This document shows positions 14,396-26,214 of a DNA stretch of 64,000 bases, in pieces. The number at the start of each line of letters is the position of its first letter. The stretch's first letter is position 1. This DNA comes from Schmidtea polychroa. Taxonomy: Eukaryota. Below the pieces are notes generated by a model that was not told where the DNA came from, did no database searches, and saw nothing but the letters and a program-made list of their open reading frames with translations. The translations under genes and the position numbers were made by a program. The stretch covers positions 15,812,001 through 15,876,000 of the forward strand of contig CM097885.1 in the NCBI GenBank assembly GCA_044892525.1. Reading direction: 5' to 3'.

Positions 14396-16308
14396 TCTGT
14401 AATTATAATACAAATCTTTATAATGGAATAATTTAAAGACCAGTCAAAATAAAACTGAAACTCCTTCCACTTGGAAATCAGGACAAACTTTGTCTCAAAA
14501 TGTTTCTCCTGCAGCCAAATCACTTGTAGAAATCCAAGCCGAAGAAGCATTGAAAGCCAAGAAAACTAAAGAAATAGAAAAAGCAATGAAAGTTAATCAA
14601 ATAGAAACGAATAAAGTGACAGTAATGAATTGGAATTGAATAAAATTACAAGAAGATGATGATTTCTGTTCTTGTAGTCATTCAAGGAGTCATTGCTGAA
14701 GCAGACACCCAAACCCGCACAGATCCCAGTTGGCAAATCGATCTGGGATATGATTCCCAGCGATGTTCCTGTACATAATAAGGTGGTGGTGCCAGCCGCG
14801 GTGGTAACGGCCGAGTGCAATTCTAAACCACAGAACCACAAAATAAACGAAGTAAAATGGTTATATATTTATGGGGAATGGAATTGTAATATGAAATAGC
14901 CATCGATCAATCCGGTTCATAGACAGCAGCAACAATAACATCAAGCGCCAGTTGCGTCTAATTATAAGCAAGAAATCGGATCAGTGGATCAGCTGACTAA
15001 ATGGTGCTTGAAAAGGCTCGCTAAATTCTCCGAAGAGTTCGAATTAAATACTGTGATCGAGTTGTTAAAGGAGGTGCCAAATGAGGAGGTAATGGGTGTC
15101 GAGGGGTTGCGATTCGATTTGATTTTGGATTTCCTTCTCTAGGTTATGGAAATGGCTATCCAGTTGCTGGGCGATTCTAAGTTCACCTGCAATTTTGTAT
15201 TGGAATTTATCGCTAAACGCCAGGAGCTTTCTGACTATCAAGCAGTGGACACTTGGCAGGTTAGCTATCGATTTTCACTATTATATCATTTTTATTTAAT
15301 CATATATTTTATTATTATTTGTATTTATTAATTATTAATTTCTATGACATTTTATTATTTTATTTTTGTTAATTTTTTTGTAAGTATTATTTTAAATATT
15401 ATTAGTTTTTATGTATTTTTATTTATCAACTTCATCTAATTATTAAATTTTTGTTAATATTTATTTTTTAATAATATTTTTTATTATTTGATTATTTTTA
15501 TATATTATTTTTAATTTTTATTATATTTTATTTATTATTAATTATTATTATTAAGACTGGAAAAAATAGATTTCATTATTACTTTATTCATTTCATTATT
15601 TAATTAATTATTATTAAAATATATTATTATTAAGACTAAAAATTCCATTATCATTTAATTTTTGTTCGTAATATTTTTAATTAATTATTTTTAATATATT
15701 TTTTTTTCAATTAATTACTATTATTAAGACTGAAAATTTTCAATTCCAATATCTTACTATTATTTAATTTTCTTAAACAATTGTTTTTATTTAATCACAT
15801 TTTATTAATATTTTTTTTAATTATTTTAAATATTATTAGTTTTTATGTATTTTTATTAATATTTTTTATTTTATTATTAATTTTTTATTATTTTTATATA
15901 TTATTTTTAAATTAAAATTTTAATTATATTTTATTAATTATTAATATTAATTTTTTTGTAAATATTATTTTAAATATTATTTATTTATTTTTATTAAGAC
16001 TGAATAATATCAATTATATTCTATTATTTAAATTTTGTTAATATTTTTTTTTAATAATAAAAATTCGATTTTATTATTACTCTACTATTAAAATTTTATT
16101 ATTTAAATTTTTATAATTTTATTAAAATTAATTAATTATTTTTAATATATTTTACATTAATTAATAATCGCTCATAATTATTTTTATTTAATAATATTTT
16201 ATTAATTATTACTATTTATTATTTTAAATATTATTATTTATTTTTCTTATATTTTATTTATTATTTAATTAATTATTATTTTATTATAAAATTAATTAAT
16301 TTTTTTTA

Positions 16309-16349
<41 letters not shown>

Positions 16350-16864
16350 GACATTGAAATAACTACTCCACCACCAGCTGTCAACAATTCAAAAACTAAA
16401 TCTGGTAAGTCCAGATCTAAAAAGAAAATGGTTGTCATCGAAGCGAAATTCAGATGAGGGGCTGCCAGAGAGAATGATATGATATATAATATATAATATA
16501 ATATGATATGTGTTTGTGTGGATTTATTGAAGCCATTTGGCCTGTGATGTATATGTATATATGGTTGTAATGATCTGTGCTTGTAATAACAATTATTATT
16601 ATTATTATTATTATGATGATGATTAGCAACGGTAATAGCAACACATCGGTATCACCCATCACTGGTATGGACAGCAGCGCCTTTTAGCACTGGGATATAT
16701 TTACACCATCATCTAGCAGCGGTACGTGTACATATATATGTATCTATGCTCCTCCCTGGTTACCATGATATTATCATTATTATTAATAATTATATACATT
16801 TTTAATTGAACTAAATAGAATTTTAATATTTTTGATTTGTACTGTTTTTATTGCCCTTTCTATA

Positions 16865-16903
<39 letters not shown>

Positions 16904-17465
16904 CACATTTTGTGTCGGTGATACACAATTCTATTGGATGATGCGATTGGATCTGTACAAATGCCGCGTATATTTTAAACGATTATTTAAGCTTACAATT
17001 TGTAAATAAACGTTTCTTCTGTATTTTTTGATTTTTGTTGGTTTTAGATTTTATTAATGTTTGCTTGACAGTCGCACGAGTTACATGAAACAGACTGTTA
17101 TGTTTATGAAATCAATGTACTTTACAGGAATTAAATAATTAATATGGAGGAGTTACCGATTCTCTGACTTATTCCTATCCGGTTTATTGCCAAAGTTTCA
17201 CGTAAAGCTTTTTGGATTCCTACTACAATACTAGAGTGTAAAATATAGTTTACCTGAAACCTACCAGTACTATTATGATTATTCCCACTTTCATGACTAT
17301 CATCTTTGTATGATTACGATCAGTGTTATTTAGTCGTTCTATTGTGGCTGTGGTTCCGATTTCTATCATAATTGATCTCTGCCATTTATATCTTTATTAT
17401 ATTAATAACATCTATATCGCTATTATAATTGTGATATGTTGAGAAAAATTCCTCTCATCATTAAA

Positions 17466-20150
17466 TAGAGTCGTATATAAAATAGCAATGCTTGCCTGTA
17501 AAGCAAACATTTTTTTGTAAATCGCATTTTTGCTGTCGGGGTTATTAAATTTTGAAAAACCGTGGCGCTCTCATAAGGATCTAAAAATTATATGGCAAAG
17601 TGTGATCTAGGTGTTTTTTTAGATTTTCTAGTTAATATTCCTATTTAAAAACCCTAATTTCCAAGCTAAATGTTACATTTAAGAAACTGTCCTACCAGAT
17701 TGTCGTTGTTTACCATTCTATGCCTCCAATTCTATAATGGAAACAGAGTAACAATAATGTGATAATTCTTAATTTATCTGATTAATAACGTTTAAAAATA
17801 AAGTTCTGATTTCAGCTGAAAAGAGCTAATTGTGTCATATATAGGAATCCTATATTATAGAATGTTGTTTAAATAATGTTTATTTTCTCGCTCTTTCAAT
17901 TCCATTCTCATTACTTTATCAAAAACTTCCAAAATTGGGAGTTCATTTAAACTTATTGTTGGGAGAAGAACACGCTGACATTTCAAATTATATTTTAATA
18001 ACAATGTTTGAATATTTAAACAAACTATCCTAATATTAAAACATTTTATATTTTAATATTTGGATGGCTACATAAACCCCCAACGTAGATTATGGAGTAT
18101 CTTAACTTGAAAATGCGGCTTTTAGTCTGTCAACTGAGACTCTGACTATCTTTGAATTTTGTTCAATTTGATATGTTTTGAAATCTTCACTGCGACTAAT
18201 GACCTTGAAGCGTCCTTCATATATTGGTTGAAGGGAAGACCTTGATTCTTTGACCATCCATACGTGACTGCATGTTTTTAATTCTTTCGGAAAGTATGAC
18301 CTTTCGTTGCATTTGCGTTTCTTCAATTTTTTTAGGACGATGTCACCTGGCATTCTGGAATCGGTTCCAAAAACCGCTTGCATTGGTGATAGACCGGTTT
18401 CTTCTGATGTGACGTTTCTTAAGCCAAGCATAACTGCCGGTATGTCGTTAGCCCAACTTCTATTGGCATTGTCGGAATGTGTTCGAAGAGCTGCTTTTAA
18501 TGTTCTGTGCCATCTTTCGACTTTGCCATTACACTGAGGATGGTATGCAGTTGTATGTCGATGTTCGATGGCATATTTTGAGCACAGCTCCTTGAAAGTT
18601 GATGAGACAAATTGTCTGCCATTGTCAGTAATGACAATTTCTGGCGCTCCATATCGAGGAATCCATTCTTTTTCGAGTATATTAACTATGCTTGAGCTGT
18701 TTATTTCATTTATTGCAAAAGCTTCCGGCCATGAGGAGAATCTGTCAATGATTGTCAAAAGAAACCTTTTGTTGTTGACTGAGGGCAATTGACCTACTAT
18801 GTCAATATGAATTATTTTAAATTTACCTCTGTCTGGTAGTTGTCCTAGTTTTGATTTAGTATGTCTATTTATCTTGTTCTTTTGGCATGATTCGCATTCT
18901 TTACACCATTTACGTATCTGACTTCTCATTTTTGGCCAAACATATTTCTGTTTAATCATTTTGATCGTCGCATTTGCCCCAGGGTGGCACCTGTTATGTA
19001 GACGGTTGAATTCTAGCCGTCTAAAGACTTCGGGTAGAATTATCCTGACGATGTTGTTGTTGACATCAACAAGAACGCCATTTTCAGTTTCCTGTAACTT
19101 CAAAGTCGTTGATTTCAGTGATTTAATAAAGGATTCGTCTTTTTGTTGGATAATTAATTCTGTTAGCTTGATATTATTAACTATGGCTTCTTGAGGTTCT
19201 GTCTCCATTTGTCGCGATAGAAAGTCAGCAACTTGATTGTCTTGACCTCTTATGTGATGAATGTTGAAGTTAAACTGGTAAATGTAGTTGATCCATCGCC
19301 ATTGACGATTTGAAGGGTTTTTCATCGAACTCATGTGAATGAGCGGCTTATGATCAGTTTTTAGACAGAATTCGTTTGATTCCAGGTAGTGCTTAAAATT
19401 TTTAACGGACAGGTAAACTGCAAGCAGCTCTCTGTCAAATGTTGAATATTTTTGTTCTGTTGAGCTGAGTTTCCTTGAGAAAAATGATATTGGTTGAAGG
19501 CTTCCATCGCACCGTTCATGGTTACGCTGACATTTCAAATTATATTTTAATAACAATGTTTGAATATTTAAACAAACTATCCTAATATTAAAACATTTTA
19601 TATTTTAATATTTGGATGGCTACACTTATATCAACAGCAACGAAACGAAAGCGCCAGGTCTAAATTATCGCTATTTGAACCTGGGAATTCTCATTTGCCA
19701 AAGTGGCTCAGCAGACGTTATTTTTGATTCAATGACGAATTTGTTAGACAAGTTTGATGCTTGGAAAAATATTCAAATGATCGTGTGACACGACATCTGT
19801 TAACAAATGGAGTGTAATTCGAATTCAAAGAGAGTTCGAAAGGAAAATATTAGAAAAACCACAGTTTATCGGTTGCCAAAGCCATGTACTTGACCTGATT
19901 ATTCGCCATTTGCTTGATTATTGTGTCCCGACACGTTCGGTCAAGCCCAATATGAACTATAGTTTTATTTAATCCGTTTCCAGCGAATATGAAATTCTTG
20001 AGCGATAATATAGAAGAGAAGAGACACTCACACCGAGTGAAAACCCTGGTTGGAGTGATGACTTCAAATTCCTCTTTGAAATGTGTGAAGCGTATAACTT
20101 TCATCAGTTAAATTTCCCATCTTTAAATGGCAAAAGCTTCCAACTTAGGC
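17466..20150 (+). mobile_element. Decayed hAT-like transposon interrupted by a Gypsy insertion (mirror ~30800-33481)
   Basis: ~19787-19920 translates CDTTSVN...KPQFIGCQSHVLDLIIRHLLD (catalytic D and CxxH); possible terminus TAGAGTCGT at 17466. Confidence 0.55.
17831..19624 (-). mobile_element. Internally deleted Ty3/Gypsy LTR element (RNase H end + integrase)
   Basis: Mirror of 31323-33116; ORF 18102-19556. Confidence 0.9.
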
Positions 20151-20974
20151 TAATAAAACTCTTTCACCCAGAGAGGTACATTTGACAGAATAAATCCAGA
20201 AATTAAGGAAGCAACCGAGAAGAAAACCAAAAGGACTAAATCAGTTTGAGGCAACTTGGCTCTCACCAGATAAGGCCCATACATTACATCAGCGCATCTT
20301 TCACTTAGACTGGACTAGACAGGAAATTGTAACGGAAAGTCTGGCGCAACGGTTAGTAATTAGAAAAAAACATGAGCCGTTGCCCAAGATGTACACGGCA
20401 AAATAATTGGAAGCTCGAATCACACAAGGAGCGGCCTTAATGAACTTAGATGTGATCTTCAGTCATCACTTACCTCCCAGCAGTGGTGTAGTAGAACCTG
20501 TTTAAACAACTCAAGTTCCAACGCCCCAACCAGTTTCCGTAGTACCAGTACCAATAGCGACTCCATCTCCGGCAAATTGAAATCAATACGCAGAGACCCA
20601 CAGACTGCGCCGACAGCGGGCAAATGCCCGATGGCTAGCCGAGTTAGCCGCTATTAATTCTCCAATTAATCCCTCCAATGCCTTCAACAAGTACAACCCA
20701 ATCCACCATCACACTGGCCCAGCAGCCTTATATTTTCTTTAATGCTGATTTAGACGACTCAAATTTCAGACTTGATGTAATTCTGTAACTCTATGGATTC
20801 TTATTAGACTTGTGCAACATCAAAAATTAAATGAATGTTCGTTATAAATGTGTTGTAATTTTCCTTTTTTTAGTTATTATTGTAGTTAGAAAAAAAGATA
20901 TTCTAGGTTACGAAGTTTTGGATATATAGAAGTCAGTTGAGGAGATATACAAGGGAATTAAAGGTTTTCCAGTC

Positions 20975-21880
20975 GTTCTGGCCCAATACTGCAAAGAAAG
21001 CTGTTGTTCGGTTCTTTTTGATGTTGTATTTGTTGCAGAGTATTTTGAACATTTCTGATTCGAACTGTCTGTCTTGATCGGTTATGAATGTTTTCGGTTG
21101 GCCATAACAAGCTATTCAATTTAATTCAATCATTTCACATATATTTTTTGCGGTGATTTCTTCTATTGGGATTACTTCGAACCAGTTGGATTTGCTGTCT
21201 ATAATTGTCAACAGGTATTTGTAGTTGTCTTTTGGTGGTAGTGGTCCTACAATATCTGTGTGTATTGTTTAGAAGACTTCGCTGCTTGGGAAGTTTACTT
21301 TTAGAGGTTTGAGTTTTTTGTTGTTTTGTTTAACTGGCAGCTGTGAACTCTCTTGACGTAGTTTTTGATGTCTTTCCGCATTTTAGGCCATATATAATTG
21401 TTGTTTATTAGTTCGAATGTTACTTTGTTTCCAGAGTGATTAATCTTGTGTATCTTTTCGATGCAGTTTTCGCGGAATTCCTCCTGAAGTAATATTCGTT
21501 TGTTGCTTTTGTTGGAGACGTCGTGCCATACTCCGTTGAGTTCTTGTAGTTTCAAACTGTGTTTAGTGGGAAGTTTGTTAATTGTTTCGTTTTGTTTGGA
21601 TTTAATTTGATCCAATTTGATTATGTTTTCGAATTCCAGGGAGGTTATGTCACTTTCGTTTCTTGGTAGAGCGTCAGCTGCTATGTTTATTTTCCCGCTA
21701 CGTAGTTTATTGTGCAGTTAAATTGTAAAATGAAGTTGAATTGTCTAATTTGACTTGGTGAGGGGTTCTTTATTATGATTGCGTTAGTTAGCGGTTTGTG
21801 ATCTGTGAATATTTTTAAGTTTCGTCCTTCGAATAAATGTTGGAAGTGTTTGATTGCTTTGTGTATTGCTAAGAGTCATC
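20975..21880 (-). mobile_element. Decayed Gypsy pol fragment, RNase H-integrase (mirror ~29055-29960)
   Basis: Frameshifted IFTDHKPL, ADALSR-like, HSG...YIWPKMRKDI, HTDIVGPLP, TDQDRQF segments. Confidence 0.85.
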
Positions 21881-22846
21881 TACTTATTAAGAATTTCCCT
21901 AATATAGATTATCTATATATTTATTCATCTTGTATTTGAGAATTAAAATATTAATTTACAAATTTTATTTTTGACCTCTTAAAGTGCCACTGCTACTAAT
22001 CTCATCCTAAATGTATTAATGTAAATTGTTTTCTTAGAAATGTCTAATTAAAATTTTGAATTTTAAAATTATAATTTCATTTATGCCCCTCAAGTAATAT
22101 GACCATCAATCAAGTACCAAATTCGCTAATGTAAATTACTTTATTATGTATGCTCAACTTACGTTTAATTTAAGATTATAATTTATAAATTTTATAAATA
22201 ACCCCCCCCCCCCCCGCCTTAAACTCCATAACCGTCACTTATCACCACAAGGTATTGATGTAGATTAGGTATTGGACTCAACTTCACTTTAAAACCTCAT
22301 TTATAAATTTCCTAAATGATCCCCTTTTTTATAATTTCAAGATTTCAAGATAAATTTCGTTGTTTGTTAATAAGTAAAATTCAAAGAATTCAATTTGATA
22401 TAACGCGGTGTTAGTATTGCATTTAGGTGCATTTTACTGCCATTCAGTACAGCAATAATTTATCCAAAACTCATATAACATCAGCGGCGGTTTTTTCGTC
22501 AGTTCCACTCGTCATAGGAGCGTTTGATTTGTTGAGGCGATTTGTCAGCGCTTATATTCGGGTGAATTTTAATTTCATTTCTTTCAAATTAATTATTAAT
22601 TTAATTATAATAATTATTCAAATTAATTTATATTAAATGTTTTGATTTAATTAAATTGCTTTTATTTAATTATATAATTGATGTTGATATTGCAATTGGC
22701 AATTTGCTGTGAGCGCTCCGCCAAGTGATGATGATATCGGATGGAAGGCGAGAATGACAATAATTACCACAATAATTATCTCATATAATAAATATAATAA
22801 AAAATGCAAACAATAAAACAAATCAAAAGCCAAAATAAATCAATTT

Positions 22847-24472
22847 TTATTGATTTGTTTTAATTTGTAAGAATTTTTCAATTCTGCACCTGAGCAGCAA
22901 TTTATCACTTTTGGCTGCTAATTTATAGATTGAGCTGACATTATAATACTCATAATAAATGCCAATTGGATCATTTCTGTCTTGTGACGGTTTCCTCCAT
23001 CCGGCATCAAGAGGGCGATCTGAATATTTCATAAACTTGCTCATATAAATGTTGCCATTTTCTGGATCGATCACATCGATTGTCACGGATTGATTGAACG
23101 GCCAATCCAATTGCTCATCATTTGCCCCACGCATCAAACAGAAACCAACATTAACCCAATTAAATATCCCAAACAAATTACCACTAGTCCCCACCCACAA
23201 GCACATTTTGTAACCGATTGGCCCGGAATAAAATGCCTCGCTGTAAATAATTTCATTTCTCTTTTCTTGTGAAAATTTATCGATTTGCCATTCAAAAAAT
23301 CCATAATTTATATATTTTTCATTTGCTAATTTTGTTTCATTCTGCCGAATTTCATTGGCGCTTTTCGCCATTTCAAGCTGCGACTGAATCTCAAATTCAA
23401 ACATTTCAATAAATCAATAAATCACCTTTTCATTCCCCTGTTGCAACCGCTGCTCGTATTTCTCTTTCATCTCATCAATTTGATGTTGATATTTTGATTC
23501 ATTCTGCCGAATTTCATTGACATATTTCGCCATTTCAAGCTGCGACTGAATCTCAAATTCAAACATTTCAATAAATCAATAAATCACCTTTTCATTCCCC
23601 TGTTGCAACTGCTGCTCGTATTTCTCTTTCGTCTCATCAATTTGCTGTTGACATTTTGTTTCATTCTGCCGAATTTGAGCTGCCATGAGCATCAAGATAA
23701 TAATTAAAAATGCCAATTGAATTATTTCTCTCATTTGAGGCGATTCAATCGCCTCAATTTGCAGTCTGACCTGCTTTGCGTCAATAACAAATCAATAGTA
23801 AATCAAACCAATAATCAAACTTGACTGATTGATCCAATATTTGTCTCCATTCTCAATGAGCGGTTCGCATTCTTCAATGCCACCATTTCCTCATTCAATT
23901 CTTCTATTTCTCCTTTGTTCTCCGCCTCTTTCCTTTCAATATTGCTCTGTTTCACCTACAATCACAAATATCAATAAAATTAATTACAAATAAAATTTTA
24001 CATTGATATTGATAATTTCATTACGCAATGTCACATTCTCATCTCTCATTGCTTGCATCTCATTGCATATATTACTGATCTGATCAATCAATAATTTGCT
24101 ATAGCCTTCAGCGTTCTTGGTGCATGTACTCATGTGGCTTTCCATCACTTCTAATTCATCTTTGAATTGACAATTTTGCATTGGGCATCTCACTATCACT
24201 TCTGAAATCCTTAAATTGGCTGCATGATCTTCAGAAACATCCTTAATAAAATTTATCATTTTCTTTCTACAATGTTTTGCTGCTCCTGGACAGAATTTAT
24301 CTTTTCCATCCAAATAATGTTCAATGCAATCAGAACAAAAGCGACAACCGCAAGGAGCATTGCAAGCTTTTATCATTAAACACTTGCAAATTCTGCATAT
24401 CAATTCAATGCTGATTTCATTATCAAATTCAAATTTATTCCTCTTCATCATTTCCCATACGATTGCAAACAT
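22847..24472 (-). CDS. TRAF-like protein (RING, Zn finger, coiled coil, MATH), apparently intact, ~477 aa
   Basis: Predicted exons 24472-24002, 23955-23821, 23770-23588, 23539-23426, 23377-22847; phase-0 GT-AG introns of 46-50 nt; no internal stop. RING CRIC...PCGCRFCSDC...CP; MATH SEAFYSGPIGYKMCL and MRGANDEQLDWPF. Confidence 0.88.
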
Positions 24473-25258
24473 TTTATCTAAAATTAACAATATTATCAAA
24501 ATATTTCAACATTTTACAACAATCATAAATCATACTTATTATATTAATTATTTCCTCTGACGTTGACAATTTCAATATTTATAATGTGTATTTTGATGTA
24601 GATAAACAAACATTTTATAAATATTGTTTTTTAACTTTTAGCGCAAATCAAAATATTATTATTATTATATTATTAATTTTTTTCTCATTTATTTTAAATA
24701 TTACAAAATTATTTAAATTATAATTTTATAACATTTTATTGTGACATAGTTGCAATGATAAAACATCAAATGCACAAAGCAATATTGATAAATTGGATTA
24801 GATTTAACACAATAAAAAATTAAATTGTAACGAATATTTGTATAATTTTATGAAATCTGTGATCAATGCAATGCCTAATTGACACTTAATTTTAATTGAT
24901 TCTATCAAATTGTAGTTCACTGTGCTAGTGAATGTCCTGGAGAGTGTATGTTTTGATAGATGTACATAAATATGGCACAGAAATCGGTCACAGCAGATTC
25001 AGCAAAAAATCAAACATTTGTTTTAAATTTTTAATATTAATCCAATTAATGGACACCATTGAGCAATTGTCAGGACCATTCTGATGTCATTCAACAGTAG
25101 TCGTGGTCATCTTTCATTGTTTTTTGTTATTTCATCGAACGCATTGATACATTGTGACGTGACTTATTAGGAATTTGATTTTATCCTTTCTAGATCCTCA
25201 ATTTGAAGGTGTGGAAATTTGTACACAGACAAGATCCTACACTGACATATCAGATGGC

Positions 25259-25427
25259 CATTGAAAGCTTGGTCAGACCGCGTGCCAATACTCATGCTCA
25301 TTGCGGAAAATCCAGTCAAATCGCCTTCATTGCCCTCATAAACATTACACAAATGCACTCAGTCTGGGACACATTTCTCGCTATCCGTTCTGAGTAAGCA
25401 TCCGTTTGTACAGCTCCTTTCATGCAT
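25259..25427. other. Palindrome spacer (~169 bp)
   Basis: CAGATGGC ends at 25258 and its complement GCCATCTG starts at 25428. The sequence between is not self-complementary and recurs at ~54968-55137. Confidence 0.92.
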
Positions 25428-26214
25428 GCCATCTGATATGTCAGTGTATGATCTTGTCTGTGTACAAATTTCCACACCTTCAAATTGAGGATCTAGAAAG
25501 GATAAAATCAAATTCCTAATAAGTCACGTCACAATGTATCAATGCGTTCGATGAAATAACAAAAAACAATGAAAGATGACCACGACTACTGTTGAATGAC
25601 ATCAGAATGGTCCTGACAATTGCTCAATGGTGTCCATTAATTGGATTAATATTAAAAAATATAAAACAAATGTTTGATTTTTTGCTGAATCTGCTGTGAC
25701 CGATTTCTGTGCCATATTTATGTACATCTATCAAAACATACACTCTCCAGGACATTCACTAGCACAGTGAACTACAATTTGATAGAATCAATTAAAATTA
25801 AGTGTCAATTAGGCATTGCATTGATCACAGATTTCATAAAATTATACAAATATTCGTTACAATTTAATTTTTTATTGTGTTAAATCTAATCCAATTTATC
25901 AATATTGCTTTGTGCATTTGATGTTTTATCATTGCAACTATGTCACAATAAAATGTTATAAAATTATAATTTAAATAATTTTGTAATATTTAAAATAAAT
26001 GAGAAAAAAATTAATAATATAATAATAATAATATTTTGATTTGCGCTAAAAGTTAAAAAACAATATTTATAAAATGTTTGTTTATCTACATCAAAATACA
26101 CATTATAAATATTGAAATTGTCAACGTCAGAGGAAATAATTAATATAATAAGTATGATTTATGATTGTTGTAAAATGTTGAAATATTTTGATAATATTGT
26201 TAATTTTAGATAAA

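Larger units (their letters stand above)
8790..16457 (+). pseudogene. GIGYF-family (GIGYF1/2-like) gene, 3' portion only, intron-containing, with nonsense codon
   Basis: Approximate exons 8790-8954, 9013-9153, 11169-11341, 13004-13302, 13360-13528, 14439-14591, 14678-14851, 14900-15088, 15143-15259, 16351-16457. Three S-x-x-(Q/E)IQAEE motifs; C-terminal DQLTKWC...LLKEV...LGDSKFTCNFVLEFIAKR; KKKMV tail. In-frame TAA at 14936. No GYF domain seen. Phase of the last exon is unresolved. Confidence 0.75.

Noticed and set aside
14936..14938. TAA in a poly-Q run as a sign of a ciliate-type genetic code
   Set aside because: Long ORFs in the window lack in-frame TAA/TAG and several end in TAA, so a nonsense mutation is simpler.
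20150..20730. GC-richer island (mirror ~30220-30800)
   Set aside because: No ORF, RNA-gene fold or terminal repeats recognised.
25259..25427. Palindrome as a simple single-read fold-back artefact
   Set aside because: Arms differ by structured, repeat-bounded indels (249, 114, 45, 6 bp). A two-haplotype mis-join is not excluded and needs read data.
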